This document shows, one piece after another, positions 1 to 12,795 of a stretch of 64,000 nucleotides of DNA (positions within the stretch are counted from its first letter, which is position 1; each line of letters starts with the position of its first letter). The notes under the pieces are model-generated. The model ran no database searches, was not told the DNA's origin, and worked only from the letters and a program-made list of their open reading frames with translations. This DNA is from Eledone cirrhosa (taxonomy: Eukaryota): the NCBI GenBank assembly GCA_964016885.1, contig OZ024753.1:43090001-43154000 (forward strand), read 5' to 3'. The position numbers and the translations under genes were made by a program.

Positions 1-100
1 ATTTGTGTTCACCAACGACATTATATTTGTAAAGTTCTTCTCAACAAATTGCGAGCAATTTATAATGTTATTTATGCATTTGTAATGTTTTTTGTAATGT

Positions 101-358
101 TCATCATCATCATCATCATATCATTTTACGTACGTTTTTCCCTGCTTGCAAGAGTGGGATGGGTTTTATTAAGCACAGCATCTCTCCATTCGTCATGGTC
201 CTTCATCATCTCCTCTGTGAACCTCACCATTCTGAGGTCAGCTCTCCCCACCTCCATGGTCTACCTCCGAACAGGATCACCTGGCACTGCTTCACCCGGC
301 GGTCATCATCCCTGCACATCACATGTCCTTACCAACGCAGTCTTCTCTTCTGCACAGT
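101..358 (-). mobile_element. RTE-clade LINE 3' end fragment with (GAT)n tail
   Basis: Reverse complement resembles the RTE 3' end at 23660-23940 (…WVEVVRxDL…LTEEMMKDHDEWRDAVLNKT; tail cccactcttgcaagcagggaaaaacgtacgtaaaatga(tga)n). Confidence 0.85.
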
Positions 359-1550
359 AATAAATATTGCCTGTACAGGTAATCAAAGTGTGGATACAAT
401 TTTTTTTTGGGGGGGGGGGGGACCTCACATACATACATGTATGTTATTTATGTATATATCTAAAACATATTTGTAATGATTTTTTTTATACAACTGTGTA
501 TAAAAGTAATTTATTTTAAAAAAATAGTACTAATAAGGAATACTATTGTTCCAAACCAAACCAAACAAAGTACTAATAAAGAAATATCTAAAAAAGAAAT
601 AACAAAAAATCTGTACTAAAAATGATCAAACTTGATCACAGTCGTGTTCAATATAAAATATTTGAAAGAGAAGCTGTTCAAAATTAAAGATGTTGTTCGA
701 CAATTTTGAATTACAAATTATTTCTCCCTGCAGCATTTCAGATTCATTTTTTCTCTTCTGCTGATTTCAATGTTTTAGAAAACAAATCTTTTGGTGCCTC
801 TTCACTCAATGTAACATCGCTAGTTTCAGGAAATATCACTATTTATACCATTCTCTTCCAATTCTATATAATAAGATCGATAGGCATATTTTATTTTCTA
901 TCGCATTTCAATATTGATACCCAATTGCATTACTCTGATTATACTTTACCTATACAATGTAATTTAATAACAGTCTGCTTTTCTTTACACATCCATATTC
1001 CGATAAGGATTTAAAGATTATTATATCTTTGCATTTTCGGGTTTTTATTTATCATTTTTTGCTGGGTCTTTTTTTTTTTTTTTTACTCCCTGTTTTCTTC
1101 TTTCATATTTTCGTCATCTGTTGAAAAGAAAGAGAAATAAAATGTATGAGGGACGTTAACTCTTTAGATATTCAATGCAGATAAATAGGATATATGGATC
1201 AGGTATGGCTGTTCCAGTGGGATACAATGTAAATCTCGAGAGTTTTTATGTTACCACTATCATAAGATGAAAATATTGAGTGGATATTTTCCTCCTCCCT
1301 AACAACAAAGTGTCTTAAATATATCTTTGATTCAATTCAATACCACTTGATTTACACACGAGATAGAAGCACCGTTAGGTAAATTAAATAAGTTGATTAA
1401 TGTCATGCATGATTACTCTCAAAGTTAATGGTACAATGGCATAACTAGTCACGGCTCAATTGCTATGGTTACCCATGGAGGCATTTGATATCAGGAGCTG
1501 AACTCTCGATCTTGTGATCATAAACTAAACACTCTATCCAATAAGCCTTC

Positions 1551-2693
1551 ACTACTACTACAACTACTACTACAACTACTACTACAACTACCACCACTGT
1601 TACTGCTACTATTACAACTACTGCCACCACCACCACCACTGTTACTGCTACTACTACCGCTACTACTACTACCACCACCACTGTTACTACTACTACTACC
1701 ACCACTATTACTACTACTACTACCGCTACTACTACTACCACCACCACTGTTACTACTACTACTACCACCACTATTACTACTACTATCACCACCACTGTTA
1801 CTGCTACTACTACCACCACTATTACTACTACTACCACCACCACCGTTACTGCTTCTACTACCGCTACTACTACTACCACCACCACTGTTACTGCTACTAC
1901 TACCACCACTATTACTACTACTACTACTACCACCACCACTTTTACTGCTACTACTACAACCACCACCACTGCTATTACTACTACTATTACTACTACTACT
2001 ACAACCCCCACCACTGCTACTACTACTACTACTACTACCATTATTACTACTAGTACTACCACCACTGCTACTACTACCACTATTACTACTACTACTACTA
2101 CTACTACTACTACCACAACCCCCACCACTGCTTCTACTACTACTATCATTATTACTACTAGTACTACCACCACCACTGCTACTACTACCACCACCACTGC
2201 TACTACTACTACTACTCCCACCACTGCTACTGCTACTACTACCATTATTACTACTAGTACTACCACCACTGCTACTACTACTACTACTACAACCCCCACC
2301 AGTGCTACTACTACCATTATTACTACTACTACCACCACCACTGCTACTACTACTACTACCACAACCCCCACCACTGCTACTGCTACTACTACCATTATTA
2401 CTACTAGTACCACCACCACTGCTACTACTATCACTATTACTACTACTACTACCACAACCCCCACCACTGCTTCTACTACTACTACTACCATTATTACTAC
2501 TAGTACTACCACCACTGCTACTACTACCACCACCACTGCTACTACTACCACCACCACTGCTACTACTACCACTATTACTACTACTACTACCACAACCCCC
2601 ACCACTGCTTCTACTACAACCACCACCACTGCTACTACTACCACCACCACTGCTACTACTACCACTATTACTACTACTACTACTACTACCACA
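1551..2693. repeat. Compound (ACT/ACC/GCT/ATT)n trinucleotide tract with higher-order units
   Basis: About 1.14 kb of in-register triplets. Recurrent sub-units such as accattattactactagtactacc and acaacccccaccactgct. Confidence 0.95.
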
Positions 2694-2922
2694 CTGATCA
2701 TTAAAGCAGAATATTACATTTTTTTTTTCCTTCTAGAAAATTTAATTCAGCATAATTTATTTTCTCCACAGAATTGAATATGAGCCAAATTCAGGAAACT
2801 ATTAAACGCCATTTACTGACAAAGTTCTGTCTTATGTTTGCTTCCCTAATTACATTTAAAAGTGTTCTTTGTTTTCTTTGTTCTAGTGTATTTGTTTAGC
2901 ATTAATTATTTCACAATCACAA

Positions 2923-3027
2923 GGCGGTGAATTGGCAGTATCAGTAGAAGGTCGGACGCCATGCTTTCTAGCATAGTTATGTCCCTTTACGGTCTGAGTT
3001 CAAATCCCGTCGAGGTTAACTTTTGCC
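2923..3027 (+). mobile_element. tRNA-derived SINE type A, 5' part
   Basis: ggcggtgaattggcagtatcagtag…gagttcaaatccc (A-box/B-box-like). Matches the 5' half of the full copy at 57676-57867. Confidence 0.85.
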
Positions 3028-3038
3028 AAGTAAAGTTT

Positions 3039-3301
3039 AGCTGGCCTCATGCAGGGCTGCATCTCAAAGGATATTTCTCAAGTGTTTTAATGATCAAAGT
3101 CCTGTCCTATCATGTTATACCATGGGTGTAGCTGGCCTCCTATTAAGTTGCATCTTATAGGATATTTCTCAAGTGTTTTAATGATCAGAGTCCTGTCCTA
3201 TCATGTTATACCTTGGGTGTAGCTGGCCTCCTATTAGGTTGCATCTTATAGGATATTTCTCAAGTGTTTTAATGATCAGAGTCCTGTCTTATCATGTTAT
3301 A
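3039..3301. repeat. Tandem repeat, ~2.9 x 91 bp
   Basis: agctggcctc recurs at 3039, 3130 and 3221 with a shared downstream ggatatttctcaagtgttttaatgatca…tatcatgttata. Confidence 0.95.
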
Positions 3302-4126
3302 GCTTACAGATATGTTTTGAGTGTGTTACTGCAATATAAAAATATAGGAGATTATCAATCATTTACTCTCTACTTCTTTAAATCTTTCCGTGCGTCACTT
3401 CCATCTGACAAGTCTTAAATGCTGGACAGAAATAGAAAACAAACAAAAAACAATAATATTTATAATGACTATGTACACAATAACTATTATTGATAGACTT
3501 AATATGTTTACTTTTGGCCAATGGTCAAATATCTTGCTGATTTTATTCAACTCATAACCATAAAACGTCTACAATTTCATATGAATAATATTATCATAAA
3601 ACGTTAATACAATACCAATCAAGAAAATAACTGTGTAAATTTATGCCAGTCGTTTTCTTTCATCATCAAAGTATTTCCAAATATTTTCTTAGCAGAATGA
3701 ACTGATACAAATTAGTATTCAGTTCTTTAACTGTGATTCTTTTTCATTAGATTTTTATCATGTTTTCTTCTAAGAGCAATTAGAATACATAATTTATATT
3801 TATTTGTTATATATCGCAGATTATTTTGAATGCAAATCAATTCTGGTTTTTAAGTAATCTTGAAGTAATGTGCGTTTGGAAGACAAAAACAAAAATTAAA
3901 CAAAAGAAACAAAAAAAAATACAAGAGACTATATTTTAAAAAATTAGGTTTTATATAAGAATTATTTTCACAAAAATGAAATTGTTATCTCGTATAATAG
4001 ATCTATAGAGTTAGAAATAGAAACATAGCTATGTTTTTAGATATAGGTGGAAAATGAAATGAAATTTATAGCTCCACACACACATATATATGTATCATCA
4101 TTGTTTAATGTCCATCTTCCACGCTA

Positions 4127-4185
<59 letters not shown>

Positions 4186-4278
4186 GAGTAGAACACTGGA
4201 AGGTAATATCCGTAGTGGTAGAGCACTCAGTCCATAGGACGAGTTTGGTAGAAGTAACAAAACAGTTAGTTCACCATA

Positions 4279-4318
4279 CCGAGAACAATTGTTTCACCTT
4301 AGCGGATCTTCAGCTCAG
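4279..4318 (-). ncRNA. Minimal type-I hammerhead ribozyme motif (Penelope-like)
   Basis: Minus strand reads ctgag CTGAAGA tccgctaaggt GAAA caattg TT ctcgg. Stem I is ctgag/ctcgg and helix III is the palindrome ACAATTGT. It sits in an element with inverted arms at 4251-4280 and 4347-4376. Confidence 0.75.
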
Positions 4319-4375
4319 ACTGGTCATGGTTATATGGAACAGGACTGGTATAGTGAACTAACTGTTGTATTACTA

Positions 4376-4417
<42 letters not shown>

Positions 4418-4653
4418 TAACAGATTAAAGTTTAAGCAAAGAATCGCTGCTTTCACCCTGAATGAGATCTTCTGAAACTAAAAAAATCAGTCTGTGGACA
4501 CAGAAGTAAATATTTCGAAAAACGTTGCAACCGAAGGAAGACAGGAAGACAATACTTTGCTCTAGGGTTCTTATATATTTGATATATATTATCCTTATAG
4601 AGTCCTATTTGGATTTTAGTCTTCACATTTATTACTATTAATTAATATATATA

Positions 4654-4915
4654 TTGTTATACTTTGGGAGGGTCATGTTGCCAATAAGAAACACACGCAC
4701 CAGTTGCTTTCACTTCAATTTAATTTATTATATATTTATAAATTTACAAATTTATAAATTTCTGGTTGGTTGGTTGGTTTCACAACCAGATAGTTGTTTA
4801 TATATATATAGTCATAGTTCTTTCGTCACACACTCTGTGACCTCTTCAGTGACTGGGGATTTCTTTCTTCGTTTCTGTGCCTTTCCTTTCTTCTATCCTA
4901 CGCCATTTTGTTTGT
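4654..4915 (-). mobile_element. Short Penelope-like (pLTR-derived) element family 1, carrying a hammerhead motif
   Basis: Ends in ttgttatactttgggagggtcatgttgccaataagaaacacacgcacc next to (TA)n. Other copies are at 16070-16372 and 56705-56946 (both fold-back) and 31038-31270. Confidence 0.7.
4810..4854 (-). ncRNA. Minimal hammerhead ribozyme motif
   Basis: Minus strand reads agtca CTGAAGA g gtcaca gagtg tgtgac GAAA gaac TA tgact. Stem I is a perfect 5 bp and stem II is 6 bp. The same core is at 31172-31215. Confidence 0.7.
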
Positions 4916-4943
4916 GTGTCAAATTCAGAAACGAAATATATAT

Positions 4944-5217
4944 ATTATAAAATAACAAGAGGCTGGACTGGTGTAATTCCTTAAAGGTTTATTATGCTAT
5001 GAACATTTCAATGACCGGGTTCAGTATGAATCCGGCAACATCATCAGGTATTCAAAATTTAACAAAGGAATATAATAGACACAATCCATGGGGCTGAAAA
5101 GGCCGAGAGATGAGAGGGCGGCCAAACATTTAGTAGTTTCCAGTCCGGTTGGCCGCCCTCAAGAGTATAATAAACCTTTAAGGAATTACACCAATCCAGC
5201 TTCCTGTTATTTTATAA
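4944..5217. mobile_element. Fold-back Penelope-like fragment with hammerhead-like core (4992-5052, minus)
   Basis: Arms 4944-4995 and 5165-5217 are inverted. Minus strand reads aatac CTGATGA tgttgccggattca tac tgaacccggtcatt GAAA tgttca TA gcataa. An internal hairpin gagggcggccaa/ttggccgccctc lies at 5114-5160. Confidence 0.6.
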
Positions 5218-5359
5218 TAATTAACTCCGTACTCGCACCACCAACAACATAAACGAAGACGGGTGAGTTGCATTACGTCGAGTGCTCTCCCTAATATTAC
5301 ATCAAGGTTGACTATACGGAATGACCAGTTCTATCCAGTGGTGAACCAACAAACCTAAA

Positions 5360-5399
<40 letters not shown>

Positions 5400-5659
5400 T
5401 ATATACATCTGTCTTTGCGTGTAATTGTTTTTCACCGCTCCTATTAATGACGTATTATATTCGTTTATTCCCGTTCTTTGCCAGCGAACGTTTCCACGAA
5501 CCAAAGTATCGTGTTCCTGTCTTCCTCCGGTTGCAATGTTTTTTGAAATATTCACTTCTGCGTTCACAGATTGACTTTGTTAGTTTCAGAAGATCCCGTT
5601 AAGGGTGAAAGCAGTGATTCTTTGCTTAAACTTTAATCTGTTATTTTAATAAATACATA

Positions 5660-5719
<60 letters not shown>

Positions 5720-5894
5720 TATACATATATATATATATGTATATATATGAACTCATAACCATAAAAAATGAACTGAGAAGACTGTTGAATCCCCATCATA
5801 CATTGATATATGACAGGAGAGTCCTTCATGTAATATATATATGTGTGTGTGTGTTTAAATATATATAAGTATGTATGTATATATATATATCGTG

Positions 5895-6099
5895 TAGGCG
5901 CCACGAAAAAGCACCCAGCACTCACTGTAAATGAGGTTGGTGTTAGGAAGGGCATCCAGCTGTAGAAATCAAGCCAGATCAGTTCCTGTATGAGCAAGGC
6001 ATGGTCAGCCGACCAGACACTGCACACAACAGGACAACCCGTCTAACCCATGCTAGCGTGGAAGAACGGACGTAAAACGGTGATGATGATGATGATGAT
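5895..6099 (+). mobile_element. SINE type B 3' part with RTE-like tail
   Basis: gttggtgttaggaagggcatccagctgtagaaa…acccatgctagcgtggaagaacggacgtaaaacggt(gat)n. Inverse copy at 55751-56030. Confidence 0.85.
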
Positions 6100-6531
6100 A
6101 TAATAGTAGAACACTGTTTCTGCTATTTGTGAATACCATTTTCCATTTGTTTGTTTTGTGCATTTTTGTTTGAAAATACCTCATCATCTATCTAGGAAAG
6201 TCTTGTAACTACTACGCCCATCTGAAACCAATTTCTTTTGAGGTCAGTCAAGTTAATTAAACTCACAAATCTCTGTAGTGAGGTGTACCAATGAAGAAAT
6301 ATATTTCAAGAGACCGCAAGACAAAGTTTGCTCAAGAAAGCACTAATAATGTAGCATTGAGAGAAGCATTGTGGATAAGAGTAGAGTTTTTAGTATATGA
6401 TAAAATATCTTATTAATGGAATGGTTTGATGTTAGTCTACAACATTGTGTTTAATTGTGTCCGAGTTATTTCTAAATTCATATATATATAAATATATACC
6501 ATATATATGGTATATATATAAATATATACCA

Positions 6532-6574
<43 letters not shown>

Positions 6575-8335
6575 GTATATATATAAATATATATATACCA
6601 TATATAAATACCAAATATATAAATAAATGCCAAATATATATATATATATATATAAATATATACCATATATATATATAAATACCAAATATATATATATATA
6701 TAAATATATATATATATATTTATATATATATATATATATAAATACCAAATATATATATATATATATATAAATAAATGCCAAAAAAATATTGTATTTGAAT
6801 AAACAGAAGTAATCTAAATATAGACTCGTGTACACTCTGAATAGTTTCATTATCTTAATCACATCTATGTTCAAATTTCTTCCCTCATTTCTTGTACAGC
6901 TGCTTCAATTACACTGTGGAAACAAACCCTTAGAAGTTTCTCTATCTTTCAGCTTTCTCCACACACATACACACACACCCACTCTCTCTCTCTCAAATAC
7001 ACACACACCCACTCTCTCTCTCTCTCTCTCTCAAATACACACACACACCCACTCTCTCTCTCTCTCTCAAATACACACACTCACTCACTCACTCACACAA
7101 ACACATGATTATTAATTATTTGCTTTTCAATTACGCTTCCAAAAATATATCAAAATCAAATCAGGAATTATGATATTTATCTTTTAATGTCCTGTACCAC
7201 ATGGAACCACATTACCCAGACATTCTTGAAAAGTACAATGACTAAGACTGTATCACATTATGACTGCACTTAAACTGCATCACATTAAAAATTGAAGTCT
7301 TTATGTTATTACTGCAAGTTTTCAAAAGGATTTATCCACGAGAAAAGATATAAACATTTGAATTAGCATGATAGTATTTTTTTATTGCAAAGAATTTCAC
7401 ATATCTATGCCTTGTACACCTTTTAATTACAGGTATAAAATAATCTAGCTACTGTTGATATTATACATCAGCACCTGTTATTAATGCAATGTTGTTTAAT
7501 CCAATATCAACATATTTAATAGCAGTGGACATTACTCTAATACACAAAATATTTACAATAATCTGTCTACTAGTAAAGATATTATAAACATTTGAATTAA
7601 CAAATCTGTTTTTAGATATTTTCTACTAAACCATTTCAGGCTAAGATTTAACTATACTCCACACTGTTTTATTATAAATACAATTCTTATTAAGATAGTC
7701 ACCTTGTCGACTTTTATGTCTGTAAATTGTCTCCAAGCTTTATTCTATAAAATCATTCTCTGCTAGAGTAGTAAGATACTACTATGGAAAGATGTGAATC
7801 CTTTTCAGACAACAATGGTTTTGATGGTGGGGAACATAGTTTTAAATACAAATGGCTTTGACACACTTTCTATAAAATCAATGAGTTAATTCCATATATG
7901 AAGCTTACACAATTGAAATATATTAATGACTGATAATATATTGAAATAATTCAAAATATAATTAATATAAATCAAATAGTTTCCCTTAAATGTCTCCATA
8001 TGCAGACAATCTGAATGTCTACTTCATTTCTTTGAATTTACTTTTGTTTAATTTTGATGCTTTGATACTAATTCTACCAAACCAACTCCGACTCTATACA
8101 AAACCACCCTTTTAAAATGGTACATATTTAAAGTAAAATCTTCCAACATAATTTTATATAACAAATCAGTCGAAATTATTTATTCCTTAACCCCTTCCCC
8201 ATTTTCTCATTACTTAATTTTGCTTTTATCTTTCTTTCTCATATTTATTTATCTTTTGAAAATAAAATTAATTTGCAGTCTAAACTGAAAAACAAATTCT
8301 TTATATATGTTTCAAGAACATTATGAAATTCAGCA

Positions 8336-8410
8336 TACGGGGTCGATAAAATAAAGTACCAGTAATGCACTGGGTAATTGCTGGCCTTGTGCCAAAAGTA
8401 GAAATAATTA
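8336..8410 (+). mobile_element. SINE type A 3' fragment
   Basis: tacggggtcgataaaataaagtaccagtaatgcactggg…ggccttgtgccaaaagtagaaa. Confidence 0.8.
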
Positions 8411-8462
8411 TGAAATTCAGCATTATGTACAAAATTTGGTAGGAGGAAACTGTAGAAGTGAG

Positions 8463-8813
8463 TGTGTGTGTGTCCATCTGTGTGTGTGTGTGTCCATCTG
8501 TGTGTGTGTGTATGTCCATCTGTGTGTGTGTGTGTCCATCTGTGTGTGTGTGTGTCCATCTGTGTGTATGTCCATCTGTGTGTGTGTGTGTGTCCATCTC
8601 TGTGTGTGTCCATCTGTGTATGTGTGTGTCCATCTGTGTGTGTGTGTCCATCTCTGTGTGTGTATGTCCATCTCTGTGTGTGTATGTCCATCTGTGTGTG
8701 TGTGTGTCCATCTGTGTGTGTGTGTGTCCATCTGTGTGTGTGTGTGTCCATCTCTCTGTGTGTGTGTGTGTGTGTCCATCTCTCTGTGTGTGTGTGTCCA
8801 TCTCTGTGTGTGT
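8463..8813. repeat. (TG)n-TCCATC minisatellite
   Basis: Repeated tgtgtgtgtgtccatc units. Explains the overlapping T/H- and C/V-rich ORFs. Confidence 0.95.
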
Positions 8814-9054
8814 TTATGTTGGTGTCAGTGTCTATGTCTTGTAACTTCTAGGTTTGACAAAAGAGGGATCGAGAGAATGTGTCAGACTTGAAAAAATAAG
8901 TACTGGGGGTTATACGATTGTTTAAATCAAGGTGGTGCCCTAGCACGACTGTTGTTTGATGACTGAAATCAGTAAAAAATAGAATGTTATATTATTAAAC
9001 CTACTGAAATAGATATGTAAATCTAATTATCCCATTTTCTGTTTTCTATTTCAG

Positions 9055-9123
9055 GAGCAGTTTCGATTCTGTCACGAAGTAGCCTTGGAATACATTCAAG
9101 ACTGTTATCCAAACTACACGTGA
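9055..9123 (+). CDS. Terminal coding exon of a classical (probably receptor-type) protein tyrosine phosphatase
   Basis: Strong acceptor cccattttctgttttctatttcag at 9031-9054, then phase-0 EQFRFCHEVALEYIQDCYPNYT-TGA. Matches the post-Q-loop motif (E/D)QYxFCYxxxLEY at the end of PTP domains. UTR-like sequence with AATAAA follows (e.g. ~9738, ~10315). No upstream PTP exons were found in 1-9030. Confidence 0.88.
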   Translation, partial: EQFRFCHEVALEYIQDCYPNYT

Positions 9124-10380
9124 CTTTGGCCTCAGTAACGAGTATCTCTGCTTCCTCTCTTCCCGCGCTTCTTCCAAGATGACTAAAAAAAAAAAAAAGG
9201 TTTATGCTGCTGAGAAATAATGGAAAACTGAACTAAAAAAAAAAACGGTGTATCTAATTCTAAAACAATACCAATTACATTTTTATGCAACAAGCCTTCA
9301 TATAGACAAGAGAAAAGAAAAAAAAAATAATGCAAGAAACGAACCTTGACAGCAATCAAAATAAATATTACAGCAACATTTGTTGTGATATTTTTCCTCT
9401 GGGACAGAAAGGAAATTAATACATATACATATTGAAATTGAAGAAAGAAAATTATGTGACAATATATGAAATATGTTTTTTCTAACAAGTTTTAATAATG
9501 CTTTCTTTTTTTTTATTACGAAAGGACCATATTTAGAATGGTTAGATTCAATTGAATCAACTATATTATATAAGACCAAGACTTTATATCGCTTCATCGT
9601 AAGTAGCATTCATCAGACACATACATAAATAGCAGGAGAGACCAATCAATATTTATTACCTTTTTCATTGAAATAATTGATCATCTATAAAAAAAAAAAA
9701 TCAACAACACACGACGACAACAACTACTACTACAATTAATAAACATTACAAAACAAACAAAAATAATATATATATATATATATAAAAAAAAAAAAAATAG
9801 AATTTTGAAATATCAAAGAAAGCAGCAAGTTTATTTGTACTACCAAATTTTAACTCCATTAAATTTTATTCGAAAACGATAGTAAAAATAAAAATATACA
9901 AAACAAAAGACACCCAGTTCTGTTTGAAAAAAAAAAAATTAAATGAAATTAAAGAAAAAAAAAAACAACTACTACTACAACAAAAACGCAAACAAGCTTG
10001 TTTTCCTGACCGACCACCATCATGAACAGGAAGTGTGGTATGATGACAACAAAAAAAAGCTTCAAGGAAGAACATCGTATTGTTGAGAGTTTGTGTGTGT
10101 TGGATGTTAATCTGATAAACTCACTGGAACTTTCCAATGCTGGGCATCTGTTGCAAGAGCGCACAAAATTTTGAGGAAAGACAAACGTTATACATATATA
10201 TATATACTCGTATATATATGTATATACATATATATATATATATATATATACATATATGTGTGTATATAAACGTTTTTATATATATATATATATATATATA
10301 TCAGTCCATGCGTGAATAAATTCATTAATATTAATAATAAAAACAAACAACTGATAAATTGAGGAATTGGTAGTGTTCAA

Positions 10381-10413
<33 letters not shown>

Positions 10414-11264
10414 GAGGATGTTGGTGATGATGATGGGGGTGATGATATGAGATTAGGACGAGATTTGATTCATAAGAATGACAATGGTGATGATGATGAT
10501 GATGATGATGATAATAATAATAATGGTTTCTAATTTAGGCCCAAGGTCAGCAACTTTGGTAGATTGTGGGGTGAGAGGTTGAAGAAATCCACCCCAGGAT
10601 TGGGCTGGTATTTATTTTATCAACCCTAATAATAATAATAATAATAATAATAATTTATTTTATTTTTTTAAATTCATTTTTTTATTTTAATAATGTTTTG
10701 TTCTTTTCCAAATATCAAACAAGATGAAAAGTAAGTTGTATATTTATAACTTATTTTCTTTCAAGGAATTTAGCTAGCAACTAATAATATTAAATATTGT
10801 ATTGACATCCTTCTTTATCCAGTTTATAAATATTTTCATGTAAACCAGTAGCTACAGAATACTGGGGGTTACCTGCTTCATTATTGATGATGATGATGAT
10901 GATCTCATTGTAAAGGAATTATGCTGAAGAAGATCGTGTAACATGCTTTCACCTGTTAAACTCTCATAAAGAAATTTATTATTATTATTATTATTATTAT
11001 TATGTCTTCGGGTCTCTTGTTTTCTATCTGCTATCACTGGACTGGAATCAGGGTTCTGGTGGTTATAAAAGGTAGCTATTGTTACTTTAAGGACAGCACC
11101 CTCAGGGGTATATGTTTGCTGTTCAAAGGAGGGATTTTCATTCTTTTGTTTTCTTTTGAAATTCTTTTAGAGTATTGTTGATGTTGTTGTTGTTGTTGTT
11201 ATTATTATTTTTTTTTTTTACTATTATCATGATTTGCACAGTAAATAAGACGATTACTGAACCT

Positions 11265-11435
11265 GCTACTGTCTACAGAGTCTTATACGGAGACATTAGA
11301 CAGGGCTGCACTTTCTTGAGCACATGTGCAGTGCCACGCAAGGCAGCCTTTTGTAGGAGAGTGATTTGTGATTTGTGGTCTACTTGCTCAAGGTACCCTC
11401 CCAGTTTTAGTGGTATCAAGCATAAAGTAGCTATG
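11265..11435 (-). mobile_element. R4/Dong-like non-LTR retrotransposon C-terminal fragment
   Basis: VIATLCLIPLKLGGYLEQVDHKSQITLLQKAALRGTAHVLKKV resembles the restriction-like-endonuclease tail (…LQKxALLGTAHILRKV). Flanked by (TTA)n/(TTG)n tracts. Confidence 0.7.
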
Positions 11436-11508
11436 ACTACAGAAATTATCTTCATGTTGTTAGGTGGTATTATCCACATACATGTAATTTCAATCTTCAA
11501 GTCATTAC

Positions 11509-11546
<38 letters not shown>

Positions 11547-11858
11547 TGTTCACTACTTTACATCCTTCATTATACAAAATATATTTCCACGTGCGTTTTT
11601 CAATTACTGATATTTATATAGAAAGAAACATTGAGGGTTTCTTTAAATTCAGGTTTCTGTGACATGTAGCAAGTGCACACGCACTTCTCCATTCATAAAC
11701 ATGGATACAACATAACATGCATTCAAAAATATATATACTATAACATATTATATGTATGTGTATATATATATATATATATGTACATGCTATATGTGTGAGC
11801 ATATATATACATATATATACATATATATACATGCTATATATGTGTGTGTATATATGCA

Positions 11859-11913
<55 letters not shown>

Positions 11914-11920
11914 TAATGAG

Positions 11921-11963
11921 CTTAAGCAGTTTCAGCTTGTAACCTCTTCAAGCTTCTTCAGAA
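11921..11963 (-). ncRNA. Hammerhead core between two (TA)n tracts
   Basis: Minus strand reads tt CTGAAGA agcttg aagaggtta caagct GAAA ctgc TT aag. Stem II is a perfect 6 bp; the 5' strand of stem I is lost into (TA)n. Confidence 0.55.
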
Positions 11964-12614
11964 TATATATATATATATATTGCTTATTGGTTTGCTTTTA
12001 ATGTTGTTAAACATATTGACAAAACAAAATATATTTCAAAACACAATATCTAAACTAACAAAACAGAAAGTTCTATTCATGAAGAAATAATTGTTATAAC
12101 AAATAACAAGCATCTGGAATGTAGATATGTTGTAAAAAAAAATGTTATGATTGTTTTGAAAATGCCAGTGACAACATTTCGCTGCTATATTACTACTGGG
12201 AAACACTGCCACTGGATTACAAATAATTTTGAAAATAATCAAGAATTTAATGATATTTAGTAATATAACTAACTTTCTTATTATTAAGCTAGTGTTTGGA
12301 ACATAACTTAAGAGAGGTTCTTACACAAAATTATAATGGAGGGTTTTTAGAACATAAAAACTTGAAAACAAGCACCTTTGAATAGTAGAAGTTATCGCAG
12401 TTTCAAGAAGTTTGGTATCAAAAAGGTTAAAAAGATTACAAAGTTATTGGCAGACTGACAGGTTCTGTTATGTTTGGTATCTTTACAGAAATAAGATGTT
12501 TATGTTTAAAGCAGTAATTCTCAAACATGTGGTACTTGGCTCCTGTAGACATGTTAGTCAGGGAAAGAATAATTTACATTGTGTATATAGCACATTGAAA
12601 TATAGATTAACCTT

Positions 12615-12795
12615 ATGACAAGGTTGGCCTTGTGAATTACAGGTACAATTAATTTTTGTTTTTGCCAGTTGAGTCATCTGAAACAATGTGAAATAAAGTG
12701 TCTTGTTCAAGGATACAATGAGCACTTGGGTTCTAAACTCATGATATTACAATCATGAACTGAACACCCTAACCACTTAGCTACTGATCTTCACA
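12615..12795 (-). mobile_element. Old tRNA/CORE-like SINE
   Basis: aatgtgaaataaagtgtcttgttcaaggatacaa is the reverse complement of the CORE-like block in 49516-49660. Probable related body fragments at 14897-14940 and 18960-19035. Confidence 0.7.

Larger units (their letters stand above)
4411..5650. repeat. Inverted pair of a ~150-bp dispersed repeat (4411-4560 and 5500-5650)
   Basis: attaaaataacagattaaagtttaagcaaagaatc… at 4411 is the reverse complement of 5500-5650. A further rearranged copy is at 26390-26520. Confidence 0.8.

Noticed and set aside
1083-1117. Possible minus-strand terminal exon (ttcttttcaacag / xDENMKEENRE*)
   Set aside because: The acceptor is good, but it gives only 11 codons with no recognisable homology or partner exon, and it would be antisense within the PTP intron.
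1469-2701. 410-aa poly-Val ORF
   Set aside because: It is the reverse reading of the ACT/ACC tract, and its non-repetitive end overlaps a decayed SINE head.
5585-5622. CAGAAGA-tccc..gggt-GAAA hammerhead-like motif (also 4440-4478 minus; CTGGTGA variant at 44465-44503)
   Set aside because: The core deviates at invariant positions, and stems I and III are not convincing.
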